64,000 bases of DNA, taken from an uncultured Anaerolineales bacterium (GTDB taxonomy: Bacteria; Chloroflexota; Anaerolineae; Anaerolineales; UBA11858). Shown here in pieces: positions 37,605 to 47,276 of the stretch. Each line of letters opens with the position of its first letter. The stretch's first letter is position 1. A program made the translations under genes and the position numbers. Below the pieces are notes generated by a model that made no database searches, was not told the DNA's origin, and was given only the letters and a program-made list of their open reading frames with translations. The stretch lies in contig CAZRUS010000009.1 of assembly GCA_964603385.1 (NCBI GenBank), positions 9,279 through 73,278 of the forward strand, read 5' to 3'.

Positions 37605-38834
37605 ATGTCTGATAAAAAGAACCTCACGATTGAACAGCAAGTAGATTACCTGATGCAGGGCGCCGACTACGGCGATCCCGACCTGCGCGACGCCATGGCA
37701 GCTGAGCTGAAAGAGCGCCTGCTTCAGGCAGCCGAGGAAAAGCGACCGCTGCGGGTCTACTGCGGATATGATCCCACCGCTCCCGATCTCCACCTCGGTC
37801 ACACGGTGACCATGCGCAAGCTGCGCCAATTCCAGGAGCTCGGCCATCAGGTCTACTTTGTCATTGGAGATTTCACCTCCCTGATTGGCGATCCTTCTGA
37901 TAAGGACAAGCTCCGTCCCCAGCTCTCCCCCCAGCAGGTCGCCAGGAATGCCCGGAGCTATGCGGATCAAGCTTTTAAGATCCTCGATCCGGAGCAAACC
38001 CGGGTCGTGCACAACGCGGAATGGCTCTCCAAGCTGTCCTTCGCGGATATCGTCAAATTGAGTGCCAACTTCACCGTGCAGCAGTTTCTCAACCGGGAAA
38101 ACTTCAGAAAGCGCTATGAAAATAATGATGCCATCTTCCTGCACGAATTCTTTTATGCCGTCATGCAGGGCTATGATGCCTACCATCTGGAAGCGGATGT
38201 CCAGGTCGGCGGCAGCGACCAGCTGTTCAATATTCTCACCGCAGCCCGGAAAATGATGACCGCCCTGGGCAGAAAACCAAACATCGGCATCACTATGTCC
38301 ATCCTCCCCGGCACGGACGGGGAAGTGCGCATGAGTAAGTCTCTGGGGAATGACATCCCCATCGCTGGCGATCCCAAGGATATGTACGGGAAGCTGATGA
38401 GCCTGCCGGATAAAGCCATGGGTGTCTACGCCCGACTGATCACCAGCTGGACCCCAGATGAGGTCGCAACCTTTGAAGAGCAGCTGGCGGAAGGCAGCTT
38501 ACATCCCAAGGATGCCAAAATGCGGCTGGCCCGGGAGATCGTCTCCATTTATCACGGCGAGCAGGCTGCTGCTCAGGCGGAAAAGGAATTCATCCGCATT
38601 TTCCAGGACCAGGGGGTGCCGGAAGATATGCCGGAATACACCCTGCCGCCGGACCAAACCGTGCTTGATGTACTGGATGATGCTGGACTGGTCAAGAGCC
38701 GCAGCCAGGCCCGCCGGATGATCCAGCAGAATGCTGTCCGCCTCAATGATGAGAAGCTCACCGACCCCCATCAACCTTTCCCCGGGAAAGGGATCCTCCA
38801 GGTGGGAAAACGGCGTTTTGTCCGGGTGGTTTGA
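37605..38834 (+). CDS. tyrS: Tyrosine-tRNA ligase
   Basis: YCGYDPTAPDLHLGH, MQGYD, GGSDQLFN, RMSKSLGN and a C-terminal S4 domain ending VGKRRF. Start moved to 37605. Confidence 0.97.
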   Translation: MSDKKNLTIEQQVDYLMQGADYGDPDLRDAMAAELKERLLQAAEEKRPLRVYCGYDPTAPDLHLGHTVTMRKLRQFQELGHQVYFVIGDFTSLIGDPSDKDKLRPQLSPQQVARNARSYADQAFKILDPEQTRVVHNAEWLSKLSFADIVKLSANFTVQQFLNRENFRKRYENNDAIFLHEFFYAVMQGYDAYHLEADVQVGGSDQLFNILTAARKMMTALGRKPNIGITMSILPGTDGEVRMSKSLGNDIPIAGDPKDMYGKLMSLPDKAMGVYARLITSWTPDEVATFEEQLAEGSLHPKDAKMRLAREIVSIYHGEQAAAQAEKEFIRIFQDQGVPEDMPEYTLPPDQTVLDVLDDAGLVKSRSQARRMIQQNAVRLNDEKLTDPHQPFPGKGILQVGKRRFVRVV

Positions 38835-38891
38835 CCCCCGGAAAGAGAATACCTTCTGGATGCTGCTCTCTAGGAGAGAAAGGTAGCTGCT

Positions 38892-39605
38892 ATGACCCTC
38901 CATTTCGCTTTTTTAGTGCTGGAAGAACACCCCTACGGCCGGGAGATGCTGCGGATTCTGCTGGAGAACGATCTCATCCCCAGCCTGATCCTCCAGGAGG
39001 TCTCTGAGGTTGGGGACCTGGAACGGGAAAAATTTCTCCGGCGCATCTCCGGCCAGCCGGTCCCACCGAGACTGACCGAGCTGATCAGCGGTCACAAGAT
39101 CCCTATCTACTGCGTGGGCAATCACAATGACCGGCTTTGTCAGGAACTGTTAACTGCGGAGCAGCCGGAGGTGCTGGTGCTGGGCGGTACCCGGATCATT
39201 AAACCGAGGATCCTGGAAATTCCCCCGCAGGGAACGGTCAATTCTCACCCTGGCTTGCTGCCTGAGCTGCGGGGTTCGGCCTCCGTCGGCTGGGCACTCT
39301 ACAAAGACCTGCCTCAGGGCGCCACAGCGCACTTTGTCGATCCAGGGATTGATGTCGGCGACATCATCATCTCCCGGGAGCTGCCAGTTTACCGCCGGGA
39401 CAGCTATGAAAGCCTCAATTATCGAGTGGCGATTCTGGCTGGAGAGCTGATGGCAGAAGCCTTGAAACGGATCGCCAGCGGGGATGTTCCCCGCCTCCCC
39501 CAGGATCCCGACCAGGGAGAAACCTTACGGGTCATTCCCGAGGAGCTGCTGGAAATTGGCCGGCAGCGCTTGAAGGATAACACTTACTCCCATTTTGCTG
39601 ACTGA
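38892..39605 (+). CDS. Formyltransferase-family protein (Formyl_trans_N only)
   Basis: NSHPGLLPELRG, ATAHFVDPGIDVGDII. No Fmt C-terminal domain. Confidence 0.85.
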   Translation: MTLHFAFLVLEEHPYGREMLRILLENDLIPSLILQEVSEVGDLEREKFLRRISGQPVPPRLTELISGHKIPIYCVGNHNDRLCQELLTAEQPEVLVLGGTRIIKPRILEIPPQGTVNSHPGLLPELRGSASVGWALYKDLPQGATAHFVDPGIDVGDIIISRELPVYRRDSYESLNYRVAILAGELMAEALKRIASGDVPRLPQDPDQGETLRVIPEELLEIGRQRLKDNTYSHFAD

Positions 39606-39646
39606 CCGCCATCCAAAACCACATCTACCCAGATAAGGTGTTGCCC

Positions 39647-40933
39647 ATGCATAAGTCAACCGATCTATCCTACGCCCAACAGCTTGATCAGCAAGACCCG
39701 CTGGCTGGCTTCCGGGATCGTTTTATCATTGACGATCCTGATCTGATCTATCTGGATGGAAATTCGCTGGGCAGGCTGCCGGCAGCCACTCCCGGGCATC
39801 TCGATCAGGTCATCAACGAGGAGTGGGGGAACAAACTGATCGGAAGCTGGAATGAGGGCTGGTTCAAAAAACCGCAGGTTCTGGGCGAACGCCTGGCAGC
39901 TCTGCTCGGTGCGCAACCCGGGGAAGTGCTGGTCTGCGACACCACCTGCATCAATCTCTTTAAACTCACCGCGGCGGCGCTGCGGGCTCGACCGGACAGA
40001 ACCCGCATCATCAGCGATGAGCTGAACTTTCCCTCCGATCTTTACGTTTTTCAGGGAACGGCCGATCTGCTTGGCGCGGGTCATCAACTGGATCTGATCC
40101 CTTCCAAGAACTCAATAGAAATCAGCGATCGAGCCGTGGAAGAAGCCATTGATGAGCACACCGCCCTGGTGGCTCTGACTCATGTTGCTTTTAAAAGCGC
40201 CTTCATGTACGACATGGCCCGGGTTACCGAGCTGGCTCACCAGGCCGGAGCGCTGATGCTCTGGGATCTCTCCCATTCCATCGGTGCTGTGCCCCTCGAT
40301 CTGAACGGCTGCGGTGTTGATCTGGCGGTGGGATGCACCTATAAATATCTTAACGGTGGCCCGGGCTCCCCGGCTTTTCTGTACGTCCGTAAAGAGCTCC
40401 AGGATGAGCTTATTCCCCCTATCTGGGGCTGGTTCGGCACCCAGAAGCCCTTCGCCTTCAACCTGGACTATGAAACTGGAGCTGGAGCCTCCCGATTCCT
40501 GGTCAGCACCCCTCACATTCTTTCTATGGCCGGCATCGAACCCGCAGTGGATATTTTGCTCGAGGCAGGCATGGAAAACCTCCGCGAAAAGAGCATCCAG
40601 CAGTGTGAATATCTGATCTATCTATTCAGGGAATGGCTGCAGCCGCTGGGATTTCGGCTGGGCTCCCCGGTGGAGGCAAAGAAACGGGGATCCCATGTTT
40701 CAGTGCAGCACCCCGAAGCCTACCGGATCAGCAGGGCAATGATCAATCCGGATCCCCAGGAAAGCGACCTCCGGGTGATTCCGGATTTCCGCTCCCCGGA
40801 CAACATCCGGCTGGGGATCGCCCCGCTGTACACCCGGTTCAGCGATATCCATCGGGCGCTGGATCGGATGCGGGTAATTGTCGCTGAGCAGAGCTACCAG
40901 CAGTACAGCAAAGACCTTCAGGGTGTAACTTGA
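39647..40933 (+). CDS. kynU: Kynureninase
   Basis: YLDGNSLG, WDLSHSIGAVP, GCTYKYLNGGPG and RGSHVS. ATG 39647 has SD aaggtg; GTG 39638 is possible. Confidence 0.95.
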   Translation: MHKSTDLSYAQQLDQQDPLAGFRDRFIIDDPDLIYLDGNSLGRLPAATPGHLDQVINEEWGNKLIGSWNEGWFKKPQVLGERLAALLGAQPGEVLVCDTTCINLFKLTAAALRARPDRTRIISDELNFPSDLYVFQGTADLLGAGHQLDLIPSKNSIEISDRAVEEAIDEHTALVALTHVAFKSAFMYDMARVTELAHQAGALMLWDLSHSIGAVPLDLNGCGVDLAVGCTYKYLNGGPGSPAFLYVRKELQDELIPPIWGWFGTQKPFAFNLDYETGAGASRFLVSTPHILSMAGIEPAVDILLEAGMENLREKSIQQCEYLIYLFREWLQPLGFRLGSPVEAKKRGSHVSVQHPEAYRISRAMINPDPQESDLRVIPDFRSPDNIRLGIAPLYTRFSDIHRALDRMRVIVAEQSYQQYSKDLQGVT

Positions 40934-40937
40934 GTGT

Positions 40938-42308
40938 TCAGCGGTGACTGCTGACGGTTTCTCCCGCCGGGGTTCGCCGGGCCCTGCGTTCATCTACCTT
41001 ATAAAGTAATCCCAATCCTGCAATCAGGAAGATCATCACCGGGATCAGGGCCACCCGCTGGCCCAGCTGTTCTGCCAGCGGCGCGCCCCCTTCCAGCAGC
41101 CGGAACCATAAAAAGGAAGCCTGCTCCCCCTGGGCTTCAAAGAACAGGGCTGCTTCAGCAGCAATAATGCCGTAAATGGTCGGCCCAATAAAGGACGAGG
41201 TTCTGCCAGCGACAGCGAAGAAACCGTAGAATTCCGCGCTCCGTCCCCGCGGACTGAGATTGCTGACCATCGCTCGGCTGACGGCCTGTACAGAGGAAAG
41301 GGCCAGACCGGCAATCCCTCCGACGATATAAAACCCCAGCACAGTTTCATTAACAAACAGCCCCACCACGGCAGCCAGCATGAGCACCAGAAAAATTACC
41401 AGGGTCGATTTGCTGCTCCAGCGGTCCGCCATCCATCCGGAGATATAGGCGCCGATCACACTGGTAAACTGGATCAGGATCATGAATAGAATGATCTGCT
41501 GCTGATCCAAACCAAACATCACCGCTCCAAAAATGGCAGCAAAATTGATCGCCATCAAAATCCCGTCGTTATATATCAGAAAGGCGAGGATGTATTTGAG
41601 GAATTCTCGATGGTGACGAACGGTCCGGAAAGAATGCTGCAGCCGCTTGACAGCTATTCCTATGACATTCTCCCCCGGCTGCAGCGGTTGGCCGTGGTCC
41701 CGCTCCCGGAACCAGACCAGCAGCGGCGCTGCAAAGACAGCAAAATAGACGGCCGTGATAACCAGGGAAACGCGCACAAAAAAGGTCCCTTCGTTAAAAG
41801 TTACCAGGGCCAGCACCAGGAAAAGGCAGACAATTCCCCCCAGCAGACCGATTGCCCAGCCGTTTCCGGAAACCCGGCCGATCTCATCCCGATCGGCCAC
41901 TTCTGGAAGCAGGGAATTGTAAAACACCTGCCCTCCCCGGTAGCCGATCTCGGCTAGAATAAAAAAGACCATCCCCATCAGAACATCCCCCTGGCGGACA
42001 AAAAAGAGCAACGCAGTGCAGCCGACAGAAAGAACAGTGAAATACAGTAGAAACTGTTTCTTCTTTCCAGTGTAATCTGCGATCACCCCCAGTACAGGGG
42101 AGATCACCGCCACGACCAGCATGGCAATTCCCACGGAAACTCCCCAAAGGCGGGATCCTTCCACCCCCCCAACGACATGTCCCTTAAAATAGGCGGCATA
42201 AATTGCCAGAATGACCACCGCTGCATAGGCGGAATTTCCGATATCGTACAGATACCACAGCCAGCGTCGCCTGGTTTTCATTCCCTGGGAGGAAAAGACA
42301 GCCTGCAT
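40938..42308 (-). CDS. MFS transporter, UMF1/ATG22 family
   Basis: WYLYDIGNSAY, FYNSLLP, G..SG.GWA.G, YNDG and EFYGF. Confidence 0.9.
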   Translation of the reverse strand: MQAVFSSQGMKTRRRWLWYLYDIGNSAYAAVVILAIYAAYFKGHVVGGVEGSRLWGVSVGIAMLVVAVISPVLGVIADYTGKKKQFLLYFTVLSVGCTALLFFVRQGDVLMGMVFFILAEIGYRGGQVFYNSLLPEVADRDEIGRVSGNGWAIGLLGGIVCLFLVLALVTFNEGTFFVRVSLVITAVYFAVFAAPLLVWFRERDHGQPLQPGENVIGIAVKRLQHSFRTVRHHREFLKYILAFLIYNDGILMAINFAAIFGAVMFGLDQQQIILFMILIQFTSVIGAYISGWMADRWSSKSTLVIFLVLMLAAVVGLFVNETVLGFYIVGGIAGLALSSVQAVSRAMVSNLSPRGRSAEFYGFFAVAGRTSSFIGPTIYGIIAAEAALFFEAQGEQASFLWFRLLEGGAPLAEQLGQRVALIPVMIFLIAGLGLLYKVDERRARRTPAGETVSSHR

Positions 42309-42401
42309 AATGTTCTCCTTAATAATCTCTGAAGAATGATCTACTCATTAATAACCCGATGTGGAAGGGTTCGATACGCTGCTTGGATATCACCAGACCC
42401 C

Positions 42402-42428
42402 AAAAAAAAACAGGGGCGTCAGCCCCCG
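42402..42428 (-). terminator. Intrinsic terminator after the fumarase alpha gene
   Basis: Minus-strand hairpin ggggc-tgac-gcccc followed by T9. Confidence 0.75.
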
Positions 42429-42461
42429 TCCGGCTCATTATACACGCTTGTGGTTGATCTC

Positions 42462-43337
42462 TCAGCTGTAGCGGGCTTCTCCGTTCTCATAAACCAGGCG
42501 GCGCCTCCGGTAAGCCCAGCACATATAGGAGATGGAAACAAAATAGCAGGCCGGCAGCCGGTGAATGACTTTGATTTTCGCGCCCAGCACAGTGGTCTTC
42601 CCAGAGAAGCCCATCGGTCCAATCCCCAGCTGGTTGGATTGATCGGTAATCGCCTCCTCCAGTGCAGCCAGCTCTACCCGGGGATGCTCATCATCCAGGG
42701 GTCGGAACAGGGCTTCTTTGGATGCAGCATACGATGCTGCCCTGTCCCCGCCCAGAGCGATCCCCAGCACACCCGGGGCGCAGCCTTTCCCCTGCGCTCG
42801 ATAGACAGCATCCAGCGCAGTCTTGCGCACCCCTTCCAGGTCCCTCCGGGCCCCCAGACTGACGTCGGGGAGGTCATACTGCCGGCTGACATTCTCGCAC
42901 CCTCCCCCTTTAAGCATCAGGTGGACAGTCAGACGCTCCCGCTCTACCTCCCAGAAGTGAATGGAGGGGTAGTACTCATCGCCGGTGTTATCTCCGGTAT
43001 TCTTACCGGTCACCGGATGGACAGAATTTGGCCGCAGAATTGCCTGCCGGGTAGCTTCAACCAATGCTTGCTCAATCTGGGAGCGGAGGAGCTGGGTGCT
43101 CCAACCCCGGGGATGATCGACAAGAAAAATCGGCGTCCCGGTATCCTGGCAGATTGGGGTGGAATTCTGTCTGGCCAGCTTGATATTTTTTAACATCGCA
43201 TCCAGGGCGCCCTGCGCTGCCGAACCGGGCTCCTCTCGCTCCCGAGCCCGGTGCAGCGAGCACTCCACATCCTGCGGCAGATCGGTCGCCGCCAAACGAA
43301 CCAATTCGCGCACTTCTTCTGTGATATCAGGCTGCAT
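42462..43337 (-). CDS. Class I fumarate/tartrate hydro-lyase, alpha (Fe-S) subunit
   Basis: PICQDTG, KGGGCEN, GCAPG, GIGPMGFSG.TT and HRLPAC. Confidence 0.92.
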   Translation of the reverse strand: MQPDITEEVRELVRLAATDLPQDVECSLHRAREREEPGSAAQGALDAMLKNIKLARQNSTPICQDTGTPIFLVDHPRGWSTQLLRSQIEQALVEATRQAILRPNSVHPVTGKNTGDNTGDEYYPSIHFWEVERERLTVHLMLKGGGCENVSRQYDLPDVSLGARRDLEGVRKTALDAVYRAQGKGCAPGVLGIALGGDRAASYAASKEALFRPLDDEHPRVELAALEEAITDQSNQLGIGPMGFSGKTTVLGAKIKVIHRLPACYFVSISYMCWAYRRRRLVYENGEARYS

Positions 43338-43513
43338 ATCGATCCCCTCAGGTTCCTGATCAGCAGGAACTCCTTGTTCATGTTACCTTAACTCACTCAA
43401 TTTCCTCCGCCAAGTAGGGGAAATCACCGGGCCGGCGTACCATTTATCACAATCTTCCTGTGGTGCCTGGCACTCACTGGAAAGATGAAATTATGCTATA
43501 CTAAATCTGAACT

Positions 43514-43765
43514 ATGAACCGGAAAACATGGGATCCGTTGGTCAAAACACTGCGGAAACTGCAGCTGCATGAATTCACAGCGGCCTTTTTAGAGGCACTG
43601 GGTCCCGTCAATGTGCTCATCGCCCAGATGATTTATGTCAGTGAACCGGTGCTGTCCCTTTTTGTGCCGCCGGAACAGTCCCAGGATTTTGCCACCACCC
43701 TGGAGGATCCCCAGGATACAGCTCTCTTGATCGATGCCCTGAGGACCAGCTCGCCGAAATCATAA
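43514..43765 (+). CDS. Small hypothetical protein, probable first gene of the GlmL-like operon
   Basis: 83-aa ORF with an amphipathic/hydrophobic middle. TGCTATACT -10 at ~43494-43502. Lies 20 nt before the next gene. Confidence 0.7.
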   Translation: MNRKTWDPLVKTLRKLQLHEFTAAFLEALGPVNVLIAQMIYVSEPVLSLFVPPEQSQDFATTLEDPQDTALLIDALRTSSPKS

Positions 43766-43785
43766 TCGGTGGGAGGAGCGTCATT

Positions 43786-44568
43786 TTGTCAGCAACAGGT
43801 TTTACCGGGATCGTCGTCATCCTCCTTTTTTTGGGATTGATGATCTTTTTCTATTTTATCCGCGAGGATCGAGAAGAAGATTCCCTGCGGGAAATCCCGG
43901 GCTACAAGAAGATATCTGAGCAGATCAACCAGGCTGTCGAAGACGGAACACAGCTGCACATCTCCCTGGGAAGGGCGGGTATTAACGGTCCAGAATCTGC
44001 TGCCGCCCTGGCCGGTCTCTCGATCCTTCAACAGGTGATTCAGAAATCATCGGTTTGTGATTATCCCCCGCTGGCCACCACCGGGGAAGCGACCATTTCC
44101 ATCCTCGCTCAGGACACCATCAAAGGCACATCCAAGGCCATTAAAGTTGGCCAACACGACCGCCTTTCTTATGGGGAACTGGTGGGCTTAACACCGTTCT
44201 CTTATGCCGCCGGCACCCTGACCACCATCCGGGATGAGAATGTTTCCGCCAATGTATTCACCGGCTGGTTCGGCAGCGAGACCATCTGGCTAACCACTGC
44301 CGGTGAGCGTCAGAGCTCCCCCACCATCGCCGGTACCGGCCAGCTGCCCGCCCAGGCAGTGATGTATGCCTCTGCTTCTCAACCCTTGATTGGCGAAGAG
44401 CTGTATGCCGGAGGCGCTTACCTGGGTGCGGGAAAACTGCACCGGGCGGGTGTGACCACCCAGGATGTATTTCGCTGGATCATCATTGCCCTGATTCTGG
44501 GTGGAGTCCTGCTGAACATCCTCGGGCTGGATCGATTCCTGGAAAGTATTCTGGCAGGTTCATTGTGA
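43786..44568 (+). CDS. Conserved membrane protein (DUF6754-like)
   Basis: TTG start with SD ggagg, N- and C-terminal TMs, and LREIPGY..I...I.QAVEDG..LHISLG. Family name is from recollection and was not searched. Confidence 0.7.
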   Translation: MSATGFTGIVVILLFLGLMIFFYFIREDREEDSLREIPGYKKISEQINQAVEDGTQLHISLGRAGINGPESAAALAGLSILQQVIQKSSVCDYPPLATTGEATISILAQDTIKGTSKAIKVGQHDRLSYGELVGLTPFSYAAGTLTTIRDENVSANVFTGWFGSETIWLTTAGERQSSPTIAGTGQLPAQAVMYASASQPLIGEELYAGGAYLGAGKLHRAGVTTQDVFRWIIIALILGGVLLNILGLDRFLESILAGSL

Positions 44569-45209
44569 ACATCAAGATTAAAGCACCGGTCTCCACAGCG
44601 ATCGCCATCGGGGTTGGCATTGTTGTTCTGGCTGGCTATTTCATCCCTTCCATCATTAATATTCGCTATGCCCTGCTGCGGACCGGGCTGGTGCTCTCAG
44701 CTGTGGCACTGCTGGTAGGCATCATTAATCTAATCGTTGTGCACCTGAGAAAAATCGGTTCTGACAGCGAAAACAGCGGCTACAGTCTCATCCTGGTCAT
44801 CTCCCTGGTGGTCACTCTGATAATTGGGATCACCGACATGTTCCAAACGTATATGTTCGGGCAGCCAAACTTCCGCGTAACCAGCTGGGTGTTCAATTAC
44901 ATCCACCTGCCCATAGAGATCAGCCTGATGGCGGTGACCACGATCAGTCTGACCTATGCCGCTGCCACCATCCTGCGGAAAAGAATGGATCTGTATTCGA
45001 TGATATTTTATTTGGTTCTTATTCTGGTGCTGTTGGGCTCCTTCTCTATTCCGCCAGCGACCAGTCCCCTGCTGGCTGGTGTACGCAACTGGCTGATTCA
45101 GGTTCCGGCGATGGGGGGTGCCCGGGGACTGCTGCTGGGAATTGCCCTGGGAACGATAGCCACCGGGTTGAGAATACTGACAGGGACAGACCGTCCTTAT
45201 GGGGGATAA
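44565..45209 (+). CDS. Hypothetical polytopic membrane protein (~6 TM)
   Basis: GTGA overlap with the previous gene. C-terminal W...VPAMGGARGLLLGIALG.IA.GLRIL.G.DRPY. Confidence 0.8.
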   Translation: MNIKIKAPVSTAIAIGVGIVVLAGYFIPSIINIRYALLRTGLVLSAVALLVGIINLIVVHLRKIGSDSENSGYSLILVISLVVTLIIGITDMFQTYMFGQPNFRVTSWVFNYIHLPIEISLMAVTTISLTYAAATILRKRMDLYSMIFYLVLILVLLGSFSIPPATSPLLAGVRNWLIQVPAMGGARGLLLGIALGTIATGLRILTGTDRPYGG

Positions 45210-45212
45210 CAG

Positions 45213-47276
45213 ATGACTGAGATCCGCTGCCCTGTCTGCGGAAGGCCAAATTCTGAATTCAGAGAGTCCTGCGAATTCTGTGGGGCCTCTCTGGAAACGC
45301 CGGATGCTGCAATTTACGGCCAGCGGCTGTCCAGTTTTCCAGAAGAAGAAGCAGATCAGCCTGCCGAAGAACAGCTTCCCCCCACCCCGGAAGAAGAGCC
45401 TGCCCTCCCTGCTCCGCTGCCGGAGGATCAGGTCCCCGGGGAAGAGCCGGAGGACCAGGTTGGATGGCTGGATATGCTGGGAGAGGACCGCGATCAAGGG
45501 CCCAGAGATGACCTCTTCTCCGCTGAAGAGCCCCCAGCTCCCCCGCCGGAGGCGCCCCGAAGACAAGAAAAACCTGAAACGGATTGGCTGGAGAGGATCA
45601 AAAGGCTCGACCAGAGCAGTGAGCAAGTCGATGACGATTCCTCCTTCCCGGATTGGCTGGCAGTGGCCGGCGGCGAGCAAAAAAGCGCAGAAGAACAGAC
45701 GGCCGAACCATCCCCGCCGCCAGACGATGAACTTCCGGACTGGCTGCAGATGGATGACGAGGATGAGCTCCTCAACGAATTCTTGAAGCAAAAATCCCTT
45801 CAGGATGCGGAATACGGGATGCGCAGGGAGGCAGCAGAAGAAACCCCGGAGCCGGAGCCTCCCCAGGAGGAGCCTGAAGAACCACCGAAGTTCCCCTCCT
45901 GGGCCAGCGATGAAGACCGGGAATCTGCCCGGCAGGTGCCGGACGAACTGCGCTTCCTGGCGGGGGAAATGGAGGATGAGGGGGAGGAAGGCGGTCCCGC
46001 AGTCGATCCTTTCCAAATCGAAGAAGAGGACATGCTGGATGATCTTTTTGAAGAGGAGCTGCCCGACTGGCTGACCAGCGCCTCAAGCCAGGAGGTTAAT
46101 CTACCGGAGGAGGACCTCGCCCAGGCAGAACTGCCCGGTTGGGTGGAAGCGATGAGACCGGTGGTGGAATCTGCGGAAGCGCTGGAATATGAAGATGAGG
46201 ATGAATATATCGAGAATTACGGCCCGCTGGCCGGTATTCCCAGCATCCTGCCGGCAGAAGCAGAAACCCAGCTGGATCCAGACTCACCTTCTACTCAAAA
46301 ACTTGACCTGGTCGTGACCAAAACCCAGCAGGAATATGTCGGGTTGCTTCAGCAGATGATCGCTGCTGAAGGCAAGACCAAAACAATCCAAAAACCTGCG
46401 CCAATCGCTACTCAGCGCATGCTTCGCTGGCTGATCGCACTGATCCTGATCATCACCGTGGGTGGATCGATCATCTTTGGCGGACCCGTTGAAATGCAAG
46501 ACCCTCCCCCTGATCAAAACAGCCAGCTCGGTTTCGTCTCCCTGTATGAAATTATCGGGAATTTAGAAGCGGAAGACCCTGTGCTGCTGGCCTTTGACTA
46601 TCTCCCAGCATCGGCTGGAGAAATGAACACCGCAGCAGCCCCGGTGATCAGCCACTTGATGGAGCAGGGTACTTACCTGTCCCTGATCTCCACAAAACCC
46701 ACCGGACCAGCCCTGGGGGAATATTTTCTGCGCTCCACCCAGAGTGCATTTGAGTATCGCTCCAGCCAGCAGTATGTCAACCTGGGCTACCTTCCCGGTG
46801 AGGCAGCCGGGCTGCTGAGCTTTGTCAGGGCTCCAAAACAGATCATTCCCCTGGCTTATGACGGATCCAATGCCTGGGGAGCTCCCCCTTTGGTTGCGGT
46901 GGAAAGATTAGCAGATTTCGAAACCGTTCTGGTGATCACCGACGATCCCAATTCAGCAAAAATCTGGATTGAACAGGTAGAGCCCTACCTGCTCAATACC
47001 CCGCTGGTGATGATCATCAGCGCCCAGGCAGAACCGCTGGTGCAGCCCTATTACCAATCCAACCCCCAGCCGGTGGATGGGTACGCCGCCGGCATCATCG
47101 ACAGCATGAATTACGAGCGTTTGAACAGCAGCCCAGGGTCCGCCCATGCCATTTGGCTTCCCTTTAACATTGGGATCGTTATTGGCGCTGGAACCATCTT
47201 CATCGGCGGCATGGCCAACGGTATTCTGGCCCTCTTCACCCAGCACCGCACCCGCGAACGAGGAGACAGCCAGTGA
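45213..47276 (+). CDS. Zinc-ribbon + acidic low-complexity Trp-repeat region + TM + conserved alpha/beta domain + TM
   Basis: CPVC-x9-CEFC, ~380 aa Glu/Asp/Pro-rich region with PDWL-type repeats, a TM, LLAFDY...QYVNLGYLPG, and a terminal TM. Confidence 0.8.
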   Translation: MTEIRCPVCGRPNSEFRESCEFCGASLETPDAAIYGQRLSSFPEEEADQPAEEQLPPTPEEEPALPAPLPEDQVPGEEPEDQVGWLDMLGEDRDQGPRDDLFSAEEPPAPPPEAPRRQEKPETDWLERIKRLDQSSEQVDDDSSFPDWLAVAGGEQKSAEEQTAEPSPPPDDELPDWLQMDDEDELLNEFLKQKSLQDAEYGMRREAAEETPEPEPPQEEPEEPPKFPSWASDEDRESARQVPDELRFLAGEMEDEGEEGGPAVDPFQIEEEDMLDDLFEEELPDWLTSASSQEVNLPEEDLAQAELPGWVEAMRPVVESAEALEYEDEDEYIENYGPLAGIPSILPAEAETQLDPDSPSTQKLDLVVTKTQQEYVGLLQQMIAAEGKTKTIQKPAPIATQRMLRWLIALILIITVGGSIIFGGPVEMQDPPPDQNSQLGFVSLYEIIGNLEAEDPVLLAFDYLPASAGEMNTAAAPVISHLMEQGTYLSLISTKPTGPALGEYFLRSTQSAFEYRSSQQYVNLGYLPGEAAGLLSFVRAPKQIIPLAYDGSNAWGAPPLVAVERLADFETVLVITDDPNSAKIWIEQVEPYLLNTPLVMIISAQAEPLVQPYYQSNPQPVDGYAAGIIDSMNYERLNSSPGSAHAIWLPFNIGIVIGAGTIFIGGMANGILALFTQHRTRERGDSQ

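Noticed and set aside
44730-46016. 428-aa minus-strand ORF in the GlmL-like operon
   Set aside because: Antisense to coupled plus-strand genes. The low-complexity acidic sense strand explains the lack of stops.
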